This document shows, piece by piece, positions 18,195 through 33,100 of a stretch of 64,000 bases of DNA. The translations under genes were made by a program, and so were the position numbers. A model generated the notes under the pieces. That model was not told where the DNA came from, did not search any database, and saw only the letters and a program-made list of their open reading frames with translations. Each line of letters starts with the position of its first letter. Position 1 is the stretch's first letter. This stretch comes from a virus: positions 37,170-101,169 of IMG/VR virus record IMGVR_UViG_3300048597_000118; one strand, given 5' to 3'.

Positions 18195-21100
18195 GTGTCA
18201 GATTTTACTTACACTTCAGACCCGGCTCTACAAAAACTTATAGAGCTTCTAAAAAACCAAGAAATAGTCCAGGCAGTTAAGGAGAAGCTTGCTGCTAGTG
18301 GACCGGCTATGACAGCCACTATCTTCTCAAGACAGTTAGCACAAGCCTTAAATGAAGTAGTAAGTGATAAAGGACTTCAAGCTGAATATAGTATCACAGT
18401 AGAGCTGGTAGACGCCTATTTAAAATCGGAGAACAGAGAAAGAGATGTTTTTCCAGAACAACAGGCACAATGGGCGCGGCTTAGATCCAACGTAGCTGGA
18501 CATTCTATAACCGCCGACTTTGTAGAAGATGTACACACTAAGCATTTAGACCCTTACAAAGCCATAAAGGACTTCTCAGATAAGTTCAAAGGCAATGTAG
18601 AGACTAAGGGGTTTGCTTCTAGCATCGGAGCCCGTGGACTAAACGTAGACCAAAGTTCTGAGCGGACGTTTACTTACTATGACGACAATGCCAGATTCCA
18701 GGGTAATAGACTAGCTGAGTCTATAGATAGTGACGGTAGGTTTAGTAGGCAACTAAAACTTACTTCTGATAGTTACGCTACCCCGCAAGGGTATATCAGT
18801 AGACCAGCTACCCAAGATTATTACAACCTATTTGCCGATAAAGAGCGGTCTGGTATGGGCTTTAGAGGCTCTATCTTCCAAGTTCAAGAGGCGGGCTTTA
18901 TGTCGGGTATAACACAGCGCACTGGCAGTACTGAGTTAGTCACCCAAAGATTATCTTCTGTACAAGTCATATCAGCTGCATATGACAAAGAGGAAGAAGC
19001 TTCCAGCCCTATGAACTTATATGGATCTAACGATGTCAGCATATATGCTTCTGAAGTCTTAGCCGAGCGTCACAAAAGACCATTAAAAATGATGGGCATA
19101 GAAATGCCCGGAGGGTCTGTACACGCTAAATTGGGTTACTGGTATAAAGAAGGTACAGCCGGCGATGTAAACGATGTGCAGTCTTTCTTCATCAGCTCTC
19201 AGAACTTAACCCATACTTTATCTCGGTCTAACACAGTAGAAGACATGCTGTTGATTAATAGACCGTCTGACGAAGCAGGGCTGTCTACTTTTAATTCTGT
19301 AGCTAAAGAATTAAAGATAGCCGCCGATGCTCTGATTAGTGTCGCCAGAGACCAAGCTCAGAATAATACTGCTATAACTAGCCTTTCTGATATATCAGCC
19401 TCTAGGAGCTTCTTCAGACGTTTTACAGACAATATAACGGCAGCAGCGGGTACAGAGGTTAACAAAGAAAACCGGACTATCTTCGCTAACCAAGAGATTA
19501 AAGGTCAGTTTAGCCGTATGTTTAAGGAAGCTGCTGAGTCTAAGTCTAACAAGCTTATCATTACACAACAGTACTTTGAGCAGTCCTTAATAGGCAGAGA
19601 AGGAGATTTTGGCTCAACATTACTATCTGACTCTGATGTTGGTTATTTACAAAGTTTGGCGTCTAGAGGCGGCATCAAAATTGGTGTGACCGGCTCTAGT
19701 ATGGGCGGCGACTCCCAAGGTCTTTTTAGTTTGTTAGATAAGTTCGAAGCTGCAAAACCTGGAAAGCTGACTGGGTCTCAGCTAAAGCGGTATAACCTGC
19801 TTAAAACATTAATTAGTGGTCAGCCTGGTCAGGAAAGTGCCTTCACCTTAATGCCGAGCCAATATCTACATAGTAAGTCTATGGCTATGTTTAGTGGCTC
19901 TGGAAGACTATTGGAGTACGCGTTGGGCTCTGCCAACTTCAGTGAAAAAGCTCTGGTGCCAGCGTCGAGGCAAGAGCCATCAGATGAATTTGGGTTAAAG
20001 ACTACAGACAACATAGAAGTAGCTGGTTTCTTTAGGACTAAAAACAATAGTCTGAGTCTGCTATCCAAAGCTGACCAACAGCGTATAAAAGACAATTACT
20101 TCTACGGCATAGGTAGATACCAAGAAGGAAAAGAGTCAGAGGAAGAGATAGACGACCCTAACGGTCGATTAATTAACAGGTATGGTCGTGATTTACGCCA
20201 CCGCTATCAAGGTGCCCAAGTACAGCAAAAAGGCAGCGCTAAATTCGTTAAGTCTGCCATAGAAATGATAGAAGGTATGGGCGGCAAAGAATATTCTGCT
20301 GAAGGGTCTTCAGATGCACTGTTCAGGTATAAAAAAGAATATATCCTCGACTCCCAGTCTGACTCTGGGTACAGATTAGTAGGGCTGAAATTAAACATAG
20401 CCCAGCCAATTTCAAGTGGCAAAGACTACTCTATTAGTCTAACCATAGGTTCAGAGTTCAAATCTATACAAACTGGTCGTGGTGGAGGGTATAAGACTGT
20501 AGAGTCGCCTATGGTCTACATCAATAAGACCCAGCGCTTTATGACTGGTGCAGTCTTTAAAAACGCCACGGATACTACCTTCCATTTCATGCGCTACAAC
20601 GAACTGGATGGAAAAATAGGTTTGGCGGCGCTCAAACCACAAGAAAGTTATGAAGCTAACTCTTTAGATGTGTTGGGTGGCTTCCTAACTACCATGCAAA
20701 CCAGCATGAATTACGAAGCTAAAGTCCGTGGTATTGCTTATACCTATGAAGCATTAGGCGCAGACATAATGAAAAAGTCCGCCGAGAGGGTAATTGCAGA
20801 AAAAGTAACTGCTTTATACCTATACTCTTCTGCTGGTGAAACACCTACAGAAACCCAAATAAGGACTGTACTCGACGCCAGACGACAAGGGCTAGGTGCT
20901 TTGTTGTCGTTGGTCCAAAAGAGTGGACGATTAGGCGACGTACTTCAAAATACACAATACGACTTCTCTGGCAATATCACTAAATCGGACATCATACCTA
21001 ATAACTGGGGTGACTCTTCCGCAGTCAGACGTGAAAGGAGAGTAGGTTTACAAAACATATTTAAAGATGTTATTCGCGACGCCAACTCTGCTAACACTCA

Positions 21101-24100
21101 AGACTTAGCAAAAAAACTAGTCAACAACTTTAATGCCGCCCTACAGAAATCCGTCGGACTTCTACCTGACGACATACGAGACTATACTTCCGGCTTCACT
21201 GGGCAATATAACGACATCATCATGCAGATATTTGCTGCCACTCCAGTAGGCATGCAGATTTATAAGGATGCTGTTAGCGCCGGTTATAGCGAATCTTACT
21301 CCAGACAAGTAGACGCTTATTCTCAACCACACACCGAAAACTATAGCCACGGTCAGTCCTTGCACTCTAAACCAGTGGTAGGTATCACTCCAGAGAATAT
21401 GGACCTATTCCGCTTAGTTTCCCCTATGTTAGGAGCTAACCCTGATGCTGTGGGCGGTAAAGTTGGTGGTTTAATCCTTAATCCTTATCCTTTAAGTCAT
21501 GGAGAACAGTTAGGTAATAGCACCGGCGGACAATATCTACGCACAGTAAGTAAGTCAGTAGGGCGTGCCCAGGTCCAACCATTTACACAACAAATAGGTG
21601 GCCTCACTAAGATTCAAGGCGGCGCCCCAGTCGTCTATAACATGCTTGGCGTGGCCAGCTCTATGCCCACACTCCAAGCTATAGACCGCCAAGGGTATAA
21701 GGAGAGGTCTGCCCAAGTCTTGTCAAAAATGGGACTCAAGGACGCGGAGGCAACTAACATAGTTAAGAGCTTAGAATCTCAAACCTTTGACCCTGTATTT
21801 GGTGGGAAAAGTAAAGAAGAAGACGAAGAAGCTAAAGAGTACGACCTGCTCTACTACTTCCCTTATGCCAAGACAGAGCAAATCATGCAACGGATGAAGA
21901 ACCTACTCTCCACCCGTCCTATGTTTGACGCTTCTAGGGAATTCATAGACTACTCTTATTCTCTAGGGCTTTTAGGTCGTTATTCTAATTACCAAATGGA
22001 AGGGGGTGATAAGAAAGACTTCTTAACCTCTCCATCTGACCTGATCGGTGGTCGGCTCTTAGATAGCATGCCAATCCAACAATTTGAATCCATAGTAGCC
22101 AGAACTGAGGCTAAATACACAGACAAGCAAAGAGAAGCAGCAACTGAATATAAAAAGATACTTAGTGACCCAAAGGCTAGTCGTGAACAAAAGATAGCTG
22201 CCGGTCGAGCATTACAGGAAATAGACCAGCCTATAATGCTCCAACTGGCTAAAGACAATGCTATTGATGTCTATGCAGTTGGCAAAGGGTATATGGGTAG
22301 TGAGCGCCCACGACTTAATATCCTTGTGGCCGGAGCTACTCAATTAGCAGACTACGGGATATATAACACTAGTTACCGTAAAGACACCTATAAATATGGG
22401 ATGAAGTTGTTAAAACCTCACCCAGTTCAAACGAATATCACTTTGAGTGGGGGGCAGATAGGTCCGGCGTCTTTACAGAGCGCAGTTCAGAAATATCTAC
22501 AACCTGGTACTGTCTTCATCGCTAGAGATACCACCATACAACACACGCAAGTAATTCAAGCCTTTAATGAGCAACTTAAGGATGCTTTAGAGGTTTCAGT
22601 TAAAGAAGTAGGTGTCACTAAAGGTCTGGAGGCAGTGAAGTTTAGTGTAGACACCAGTAGTAGTCTTACTAGACAAAGCATTAGGCAGAGTATAGTAACG
22701 GCTTTAGGGAGCGCAAATATAGACAACACTGAGATAGATGCTATATACAAAGGTGCCGTAGCTAAACTAAGGGGCGAAAACCAAGGTATTCGTGTAATAA
22801 CTGACTACAAGACCGGGCAAGTTGGGTATGTTTTGGGTCGTGGGGCTTACCAAAGCGGACGCCAAGTAGGGGAAGTATCTTCACTAAATACCACTAACGT
22901 CAAAATAGGGGATTTAGACCCTGGGGACGCCGCATTTAAGATGTGGGGTTTTATGTCTTATGACGGCGGACATGCTCAACCTCTACAAATTAGAGTGCCT
23001 GCTATTACTGGGGATGAACTTAACTCCATAAGTGTTTTAGGTGAGACTACCGTTATAGCTATGACAGGTAATACTGCCACTATAGATACCCAGTTCTACA
23101 ACGTAGAAGATTTTATGAGTGGTATGCGGGCCGGCTCTATCATTCCTAAAGGACCTATGAAGGGCGGTAAGAGAGAGTTATTCGAAGCCGCTGTTGGTCT
23201 AATAGGTCAAGAGTCTATTAACTTACTTCCGTCTACGGTAAAAGGACCTGGCGAGACTAGTATCAAAGCCGAAGATGTTTACTCTATGATCAGCCCTTCT
23301 CAAGTCAAAGCCTTTAACTTTGAGATTGGTTTGATGATGCTTGCCGATAAACAAGAGAGTGGCATCTATAAACGTCTGACTGACGCTGATACGGGCGGCG
23401 TTAACGTGGCCATGGCGCTGTCTATGCTATTCCTTAACTCCAAAGCAGATGATATTGGAGGTAAAGATAATCTGGCTATGTTATATGACCGTCTCAGTAA
23501 CACTTTATCTAGTGAGCAAAGAGATGGTAAAAGTGCTTATGGTAAGCAATATGCCGCCGCCCTACGGGCTAAAAAGTCTCTATTAAAGTTAGGGCAGACA
23601 GACTCAACTACAGCCTTTACTTCTTTTAGTAGTGCGCCAGGCTCTGCATCTTTAGCTATGTTCAGTGCTTTGGCGGGCTTTGGTAAATGGACTAGTGACT
23701 CTGAAAGTATAGAATCAGCACTTCTAAATCAAATCATTACAGCCTTAGGTACTGATAAGAAAGAGGCTGAAGCTGCTCAAAAGAGACTATCTGACGCAGC
23801 TAAAGGTCTGATGGACTATGCCTTTGCTGAAAAGTCTCGGGGTGGTGTCATTATAGAAGACTTTGAGACTAAGCCTTTAGGGCTATTGTCGTTCTTAACT
23901 AAAGCTAGTGCTGATATTTATAGAGACTTAGATAAAGAACAGTTGAGGAAAACCCGCGCCTTGGGCGAAGTTATTCTCAGCAGCAAAAGCCTATTTACCT
24001 CGCCAGAGAGTCTAATAGTTGATGTTGATGGTTTAGATGAGACTTATAAAAAATCCAGGGATTCCGTTCTGGTAGCCCTGAGTAATCTATTCTCTGTAGG

Positions 24101-27100
24101 AGAATCTACTTCTCGTAGGAAGCAAATACAAGTAGAGATGCAGCGCCGTAAGGCTTACTTGTTAGCAGGAGAAATCCATAAGATATCAGGGGGTGATATA
24201 GATGCGGCACAGCGAATACTTAATCCGACCCTAAGCGTAGACGAATTCTTAACTAGAGCAGGTATAGCACAGCAACGTAGGATTCTACCTGAAGGTATGA
24301 AGCCCCGCACAGGGTTAGAATCCCGCTTTGCTACTGTAGACCTCTGGAGCTCCATGCAGAGTATGTATGCTAAATCAGGGTCGGAACCAAGTCTAAAACA
24401 GCTGGGTGTCAGAGAGTTTAATCCTTACTTAGAAGCCATCAATCAATTAGTAGGCAAAGGTCAAACTCAAAGGTCTGTCTTAGATGACCTTATTGCTTCT
24501 ACAGGAAGTACCGCTACAGATTCTCAAAAGACGTTGCGGTCTAATTTCGAAGACACCCTCCGCAAATTAGTTGTTCGACGTAGTGCTATGGGTCCACAAC
24601 TCCTTGAAGTGCAGGAAAGATTGGAGAAACTGGGTATTACCGACTTTTCTGCTAATTCTGAATTTGGCAAGCTACTAGGTTCTTATCAAGAAGGAATAGT
24701 GGAGTCTATAGACACCTATGAGGTATCTAAGGTATCTACAGTAGACGCATTGATGGGCTTTTATAGTTCTACAGAAGCCTACGCCGGTTTAGCTGATGAG
24801 ACTATACAGAAGGCTATGCTGACACAAGCTCAACGTATGGGATACTCTTTGCCTAGTCAAAAACTAATCAGAAGCATACTAGATAAAATCAGTAAGAGCA
24901 CCCAAGATTCTGACATTACAGAAGGTGAGTACCGGGCGTTAAAAGAAGTGGAGTTGGTGTTTGAAGGTATTACGGCGGCTATTCAGCAGGCCCGCACCAT
25001 TACTCTACCAATGGAGACTAACTTCAGCAAAATTAGCACGCCGGCGGGTAGTAAAGACTCTACGGCCCTAGAAGGTCATCTTAGTCGTTCTATGACTGAG
25101 CGGCAGCTAAAACAGTATACTTATGCGCTGGAAGAGTTTGCTGATTTAACCTCCGTACAAAACGCTCTGATGAGTCTTACTAAGGCTTACTACGGCTCTA
25201 TACCAAACGCTAAACAGCGACAGTCTTTAATCAGTATGGACTTGTCTAACATCAATTCTTGGCGTTGGAATGACTTAGAACGTAATAAACAGGGCAAATT
25301 GGTTAGGTCTCAAGGTGAGGCTAAAGGTCAAACACAGGACGCTCACTCTAAACAGTTCCTATGGGATTACTTGGCTAATTACAACAGTCTTTATCGTAAT
25401 GCACTACCTGGAGAAGACAGTGAAGTCGGCTTCTCTCGCATAAGCATAGACAATTTTATTAATACGGGTAGGGCTCAAACAGATGTTATGAGCACAATGG
25501 AGCGTATTAATATCATCGCCTACGGTCCAGCTGGTAAGTCTGATGACCCTGCTGAAGAATTACAACGCCGTGCCACTAATTCAGCCACGTTTACTTTTGA
25601 TGAGCTCAGTGAAGGTATTTCACGTAAACGCACTACGGATAAACTCGTTAAATTGGCTTCTTCTGGTTTAGACCAGTATCTAGCATATATAGACAGTACC
25701 GATTTACCTGAATCAGATAAAAAGGCAGTAAGTGAGATACTAGCTAAAGAAAGAGGGCTATATAAGTCTCAAATAAACTACTTTGTCGCAGAGAGTATTA
25801 AAGGGAAAAGGTCTAAAGATGAAATTCTTGGCGATGATATATTCAGACAAGGTATAGATGACGCAGAAGTGCAGCGTATTAAACCATTTATTCCTGGAGA
25901 TAGAGGGATATTAGGTTACTTCAACTTCTTAGAAGAGTCACTAACGCCATTGAAGGAAAGCGAATCTAAGACTTGGCTGTCTACTGTTTTAAGTGGTGAT
26001 TCTGCAAGAGCTAACGCCAAACTGCGTCAAGACGAGATAGAACGACTGGCGGCGCCTGGTGGTAACATACACCAGAAAATACAACACGCCCAGGCACAAG
26101 ACCAAGGCGCTGCGTATTTAGAAGGAATGAAAAGTATATATAAGACCCTTCAAGGTATGCCTACAGGCAGGAAGTCTGTTAGCACACGAGGCAGACGTAT
26201 AAATGCACTAAAACGAAGCATTGAAAAAACACAGTTTATATCGCTCTACTCCTATGAAATAGCTTCTACTGAAGGTGGGCTACTAAGACTACAGCACCGC
26301 ACTAACATGCGCGGCGAGAAGTACAGTGAGACCGGTTTAATCTTAGGGTTAGATGTCTTAGAGAAGATGTCTCTACTATTCCAAAACAGCAGTCACGAGG
26401 CCTTGGTAGCTCAACAGGATTTGGTGACTAAGTTAGCTGCTGCTAAAAACATCATTGACCGCGTAGAAACTGGTTTAGTTAAAGGTTATCTAGGCGAAGA
26501 GGTAGATGTTAAGGCCACTGGTGTCACTCAAGAAGAATGGCAGCAGTTACGCGACCTTCAACAGGCCATGATGGCGTCCAAAATAACCGCTGTCAGTATT
26601 TTGCAGAATGAGAACAGTATTAGACAAGCCACTGGCAACCGTCTTAATATGATGGGCTCTTCTTTCATTGCCATGAATAGCTTCTTAGTAGGCGCTACTG
26701 AAGTGGCATTAGGGGCACGGTTTGATTCCGCTGCTGGTGTAACTACAGCCGGTGGGTATATGCGGTTTATGGCTAACGTAGCGCCGCGCACCAGAGATAT
26801 GGATAAATACCTTTTGGTAGACCCAGACCAACGTAAATTCCTCATTGGGCATTACAAAGAAGAGCATGACCTACAAAAACAAATAGCTGCAGCTGAAGAA
26901 ATAGGCGCTGCAGATAAAGTCCAAGCGTTGACTAATGAACTTCGTAGGTGGCAAGACTTACTCAGTATGGACCCTGAAAATCAGGTTACATCTCTAAACG
27001 AGAAGTTATTATCTATAGATGAGCAGATTGCACGGCAGAAAAATACAGTCGAATTTAAAAGCTTAGTTGACCCTGCTTCAAAGCGTGATGCAGAAGAGCG

Positions 27101-30100
27101 CCTAAATGCATTACAGAAAAAAAGAGGCATGATTAGTGATACTGCGTCAGCTATTACTAAGAGAGTGGGGAGTTATGTAGCACCTATACAAAAGACTAAA
27201 ATAAGCGAATCCCAGCTTAGCACTTTCGAAGAACTATATGGTCATCTAAAAACTATAGAGGCTCACGGTGAAAGTCAGGCTACCTTTGGTGGGTCTGAAG
27301 ATGAGAGTAAAGATAAGTTATTATCTATGCTTTCTAGACTAGAAAGCCTTATTGCTGGAGCAGAGTCTGATGAAGGTATGGATATAGCTTCTTATAGACT
27401 ATTTAAGTCAGAAGATATATTTTCGTATGTAGGCAGAGGGCAAAACGCACTTAAGAGTATTGTTTCCTCTGTTGTAGATATAACCAGCTATGAAGGCTCT
27501 AATAGTGACCAGCCTCTAGTAACGACAAAACAGAGAAGTGATGCGGTTAAGCAAACCACCGACAACATAATAAAAGAATTTTCTGATATAGACCTAAGCA
27601 TCAAACAACAATCTATGGGTCAAGACGCTACTAAGACAGCTAGAGTGTCTCAGGTCAATAAGGTAGCTGAAGCCGCCAAGATGAAAGACCTTTACTCTGA
27701 CCTATCTAAAGTCAAGGAGTCTAAACAGTATGACCGTAAAACCCTCAGTAAAGTGCTTCAAGTTCTTCGTTATAGCGGCGACCAAATCACAGATGGTGGG
27801 CTTACTGTTACAGACAGTGTTATCTCAACTATATTCTCCAGTTTTGACAGGCTAAACAAAGGCGAGTCATTAGATATCGACACTTACAGACTTTTTAATT
27901 TAGATGGTGGAGACCATAGGAAAGCCTTTGATGGATTCTTAGGTAAGATACTTACCATGTCCGAACAAGGTACTTTTACGGCTGATGAAGCTAACCAGTT
28001 ACTAGATTCAGAAGATAAAAACCACAAAAAGGCATTCAAAGACTTTTTAGATAAAGTACTAACTAAAACGAAAAAAGACCCGTCTCTAGCCGGCGATGTT
28101 TATAAGTTATTTGAAGTAGAAGGGGAAAAATATAGGAATATCTATGACCAAGGAGTTTATAACAGTTTTCTAAGTAAACTCTTAACAAAGGCTAAAAAGG
28201 AGTCCTTTGCCGCAGACCGTGCTTATCAAAAACTAGGTAAATGGCATGACTTACTCTCTGATTACGCTTTGGCCTACGCAGAAGGTGAAGGAGACTCAGG
28301 TAAGGCCCGCACTTTTACCCAAGCTGAACTCTTAGAAGCTTATGAGTCTAGCGGTAAGTCCCGCACTCTTATCGAACTAGAACTTATAACAGGTCAGACG
28401 GTAACTAGCCAAAATCGTAACGAAGTGATGGCTAAAGTGGACTCCCACTTCCTACGTTCTGATATCCTGGCTAACCGTCAAGGTATGCCTTCTTATGCCG
28501 CAGCTGGTCCAAGAGGTGTCGCCGCTGCCATTAGCTCCCTACAAGGCGTCACTATGGAAGAAATGCGTAAACGAGGTCAACTCGTTAATAGTCTTTTCAC
28601 ACCAGATGAAAGCGCCGACAATACTTTAATGATGATAAGCGCCTTCGGGTTCCAATTCATGGGATTAGGTGACTACGACGGTGACTCTTATCAAGCTGCT
28701 TTAAGCAGCGTAACTAAAGCACAAAGTACCATAGCGCGAACTAATGAAGAGTTAACTACCTTAGAAGAAAGGCTTAATCGTCTTAAAAAAGATAGGAAAC
28801 AGCAAGAAGAACGCAGAGCAATAGTAAAAACTAGCGCCGACACTGAAGAGCGTAGCAGAGTAAATAAAAGAATAGAGGAGTTAAACCAGCAGATTAGGAT
28901 TACTGAAGCCAAGCGCAGACAAGTTAAAGACTCTAATTACAGGGCTACTAGAGACCTACGGGATATTAACCGTGAGGCACGCGAGACTCAGTCTGTTAAA
29001 TCAGGGAAGGCTTATAAAGGATTGCGTTCTTATGTGTCTTCCTATCTAGCTTTACCTTCTTACCTATTTGGGGATTCAGTAACTGGTTCTGATGACACGT
29101 CTATCTATGAGTTTGGCCTTCAAGACGACGAGTTGGCGGGCACAGTTAAGCAATACAGAGACACAATTAGTGGGTATAGTGACCGGTCTACGGACTCTAC
29201 TAACTCTGTTGGTGCTTTTGCTTGGTTGAAGACAGCAAAAGGCGGTGCTGTAGCCATTGATAAGTCTGGAAAACTAGACTTTGACGTTGATGGTATACGT
29301 AAAAGCCGTGGTTCTACTGCTAGCACTATGACCATTAATAAGATGGTCGCTGCCGCCGAACAGTGGAATCAAGCCCTTATCAAAGAAAAAATACACGAGA
29401 AGATAGCGAAGAATAGCGCTTTAGATGAGGCCAAAGCTCGGCAGTCAGTAATAGAAGATATACAAAAGATGTCAGTAGATAGTTATATGAAGGAGGTTAC
29501 TGAGTTTCAGAACAGGTCTGAGGCTATATTCATGTCTATGTCTACATCAGGCAAGATATTTACTAATGTAGCTGGGAGCCAGATTAGTCCTGCGGACCTT
29601 AACTCTATCCAGTCAATTATGGGAACGACTGGTGGCGGGCTACTAGGTAAAGTCTATAACACTGTAGTGCCCAGCGCCGCCACTCAATTAACAGACTCGC
29701 TGATGAACCGTATGATGAGCAATGACTCCGTGCGGGCAGATTTCTTACGGTCAGTTAGTAACCTACAAGAGTCAGCAAGTGGATATACCTCTGTTTCTGT
29801 CTTGGGTAATACTTTAGGAAAAATAGCTGAAAGCTTAGGATCTATGACCAATGTTGGCGGCGTGCCTTGGGAACTCAGCATGGCAGATAAGGAAGCCAAG
29901 GCTTCTACTGCTTATAGGTTTATGCTGACGACTCAACAGTACCTCCGAGATGCTGCTTTGAAACCTAAAGGTAAAGTTGGTCTGGTAGAGATGGCGCGTA
30001 AATTCCGCCTAAGTGCTAGCGCCATTAGTCAAATAACAGACTTAGGTATACAAGGCATAGACGAAGATGTTCTGAGTAAGACTGTAGGCTATGACAGTCT

Positions 30101-33100
30101 GCTAAAACTTCAACCACAAGCAGCAGAAGAGGAAGTATCTAGACAGTTCCTAGATATAATCAGCCAGGACTTTTTAGGTGCCAAAGCAGGTGAAGTACTT
30201 AGTTATAGCTATGACAAGTCAAAGGCTAATACTAGCGCAGATGTGGACGCAGACATGACAGCTTTCGCCATGTTGAAGTTATTGACTGATTACACTGGTA
30301 GCCGCGCTATGACTGCATCAGAGATGATGGAGAAAGGGCATTACAGCGCTTCTCTTAAGGCTTCTAGGGATGAACTGTCTTCTAAACTAACTACTCATAG
30401 TCAGCAGGTTACAGAGTACTTAGAAAGTAAAAAAGGCACCGACAATACTCGCATAGAAGCCGCTAAACAAGAACTGAGAAACGTCGGCGTAAAACCTGAA
30501 ATGGTGGACCGTGTAGTAAAAGGCCAGAGCAATAGTTGGTACATAGACGATGACGCTTTTGTCCAAAATACCATAGCTAACCTCATAGGCAAGTTTCAGT
30601 CTCAGTTCTTAGGCGGCAACTCTGTGGCAGATGACTTTAAGTCTGTAGATCCACTCTCTACTGAGCGCACTCTCTACACCCACGGTTTAGAAGTAGAGGT
30701 TGACGAGTCTGGTGATAGTCCGACCTACAAAATAGTAAGGAGAGAAGACTCTGATAAAACTATCCGTCGGAATGCTGCATATCAAATGCAGGATAAAGTA
30801 GACGCTTATAATCGCAAGTTTAATCTGTCTGGTCAAGATGCTTTACAAGTAACCGACTTAGTAAAGACAGATGATAAAGGCAATTTTATAGACTGGGATT
30901 TAGAAACGGCATCTAGCAAGATTAAAGAAAGGGCTAAACAAGAAGCCCTCCGTAAACTAAATAAAACTTTAGGGCTTGAACACTCAGCAGAATTACAACT
31001 CTCTGCTGAAGAAGCTACTAGACTATCTTCTGGTGATATAGGCATGGCGCAAGCTGACTTACGCACTAGACTTGATGGGGTCAAAGGCGTGTCTAATCTA
31101 GATAGACTTGCCACTGAAACCGAGTCTAATGCTAAGTCTTACCTTGAAATTCTAGGTAATAAACAGTCTGAATCAAAAGCAGGTAAAGCGGCGCTCAAAC
31201 AGATAAATGAGGGTAGAGCTACTGAAGATGCATTTACTTCAGTAGACCAAGCGCGAGCCTGGTCTACTAAAGTCTTAGAAAATGAAAACAGATTACTAGC
31301 CGACTTAAATTCAATAAATGAGGCTAAGTCTGCCACTCAACAAGAGTTACAGACTATAGAGTCTCGCCGTAAAAGAGTTCAACGAGTAGATTCTACAGTT
31401 AATCAGTCCGCAGACGCATTTAAATCTTGGCAGACTACTTCAGATACCATTGATGCTCAAGTAGACTCTTTCGAGGCTACTATGCGGCAGAACATGGAGA
31501 ATAGAGTCTCTGAGTTGACCTCTAACCGTGATGCCATTGAGACGGAGGCCGAAGGTCGCAATATGAGCGTCGATGAAGTCGCTGCCACCACGTTTAGAAC
31601 TCTACAAGAGATAACTACCCGTAATCAGGCTGACGACCTTATGGATGTCTTAGTGAAGACTAAAAAGCTAAACCAAGCGGTCCAAGGAGTAGTTACTGAA
31701 GGTCAATCAGAACAGTTTGCCGCTGTTAAAGACTCTCTTATCTCAGCCAACAACTTAACTTCATTGACCTTATTAGAGTCTATGGAAATATTGGGAGGTG
31801 AGGTTACAGCCCACGCCCAAGGTATAGACTCAGCCAAGCTCAATCAGGCATCTTTAGCCCAAGCGATGTCTACCGGTCTAACTAATGTGTTAGAAGCTGT
31901 CAGGACTTATTCTGACAGTCTTAGTGATGGTAGTCAGTTTGATAACAAATTGGGCGGCGCTATCATGTCTTTCCTGTCTATGGGTGGCGTACTTCCTGAT
32001 GAAATAAGCCAGATAGTAAACCAGAATGTAGCTCAACAGGTAGGCACGACAAAAGACTATGTTGAGCAGATGCAAACAGAACAAGGTAGAACAGCCTTGG
32101 CTAATAAGCTAGCTAAGTACGGCGGTAGTGACCTAGATATCACTACTGCTGAAGGTCAAGTAGAAGCAGCTAACCGTATAGTTAGAGGACAAACAGATGA
32201 GCTTCAAACTGGCGTCCTTAAAAACTTGATGCGGGCCGGCGTTATAGATGCTATTGCTTCTGGTTCTGGCTTTACTGGACATATGTCTAAGTGGTCTGAC
32301 TTGATGCAAGACACTATTGAGTTAGGCAATATGGACCCAGCAAATTTATCAGAGTCACAGCAAAGTATTTTAGACACTGCTCGCCAGATGCCTACACCTG
32401 AATATCAATGGGGTCAGCGCCTAGAGGCCAGTCAAGAAATGGTAGATAGGTTTAACTCTGGCTTAGAAAAGCGCGGTGTAAAACAACGGATCAATGCCAA
32501 CCAACTCTCTCGGTTAGCAAACAGCGATAATACTATGACTGTTCTAGAAGAACTAGGTCTAAATAAAGATACTAAAGTGGCTACACAGTTAGGCGCTCAA
32601 CTAGAAGAGTTTAGGTCTGAGCAGCGGACAGAATCAGTCTTACAAACACCTGACACTGTACGTAATCCAGGAGTAGCGCCCTCGATGTCTACTCCTGCCG
32701 TCGAAGACTTATCTGGCGGTAATACCGGCTTGGGTTCTAGTAGACCCCAAGATATGCAAATGTTATCTATAGATAAAGAGCAGGAAATGGTACGACAAAC
32801 TCTTGCAGATGTACATCGTACAAGACATGTAAGAGAAAAAGAAGCGGAGCAAAGTAAAGCAGAGTCTGCTTTAAGACGTAACTACGGTTTCACTGAAGCG
32901 TTAAGTATCTTAGCTATACCCGCCTTGTTTGCAGCTATGCAAGGTGATATTCCGGTCACAGAACAAGTGGGCGGTTTAGTTCAGGATGTTGTGACCTCTA
33001 CTCTGACCTCAGGTACCTTTGAGCAGTCCGCTACGTCTTTAATGTTGGCTGATGGTAAGTCAGAAGAAGAGCGGGCGGCCAGACTGGCTCAAGTACGTAG

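Noticed and set aside
19829-32084. Numerous short minus-strand ORFs inside the 5173-aa gene (likewise those antisense to the structural genes and the 3452-aa ORF)
   Set aside because: Antisense shadows of long coding frames with no RBS or protein-like motifs
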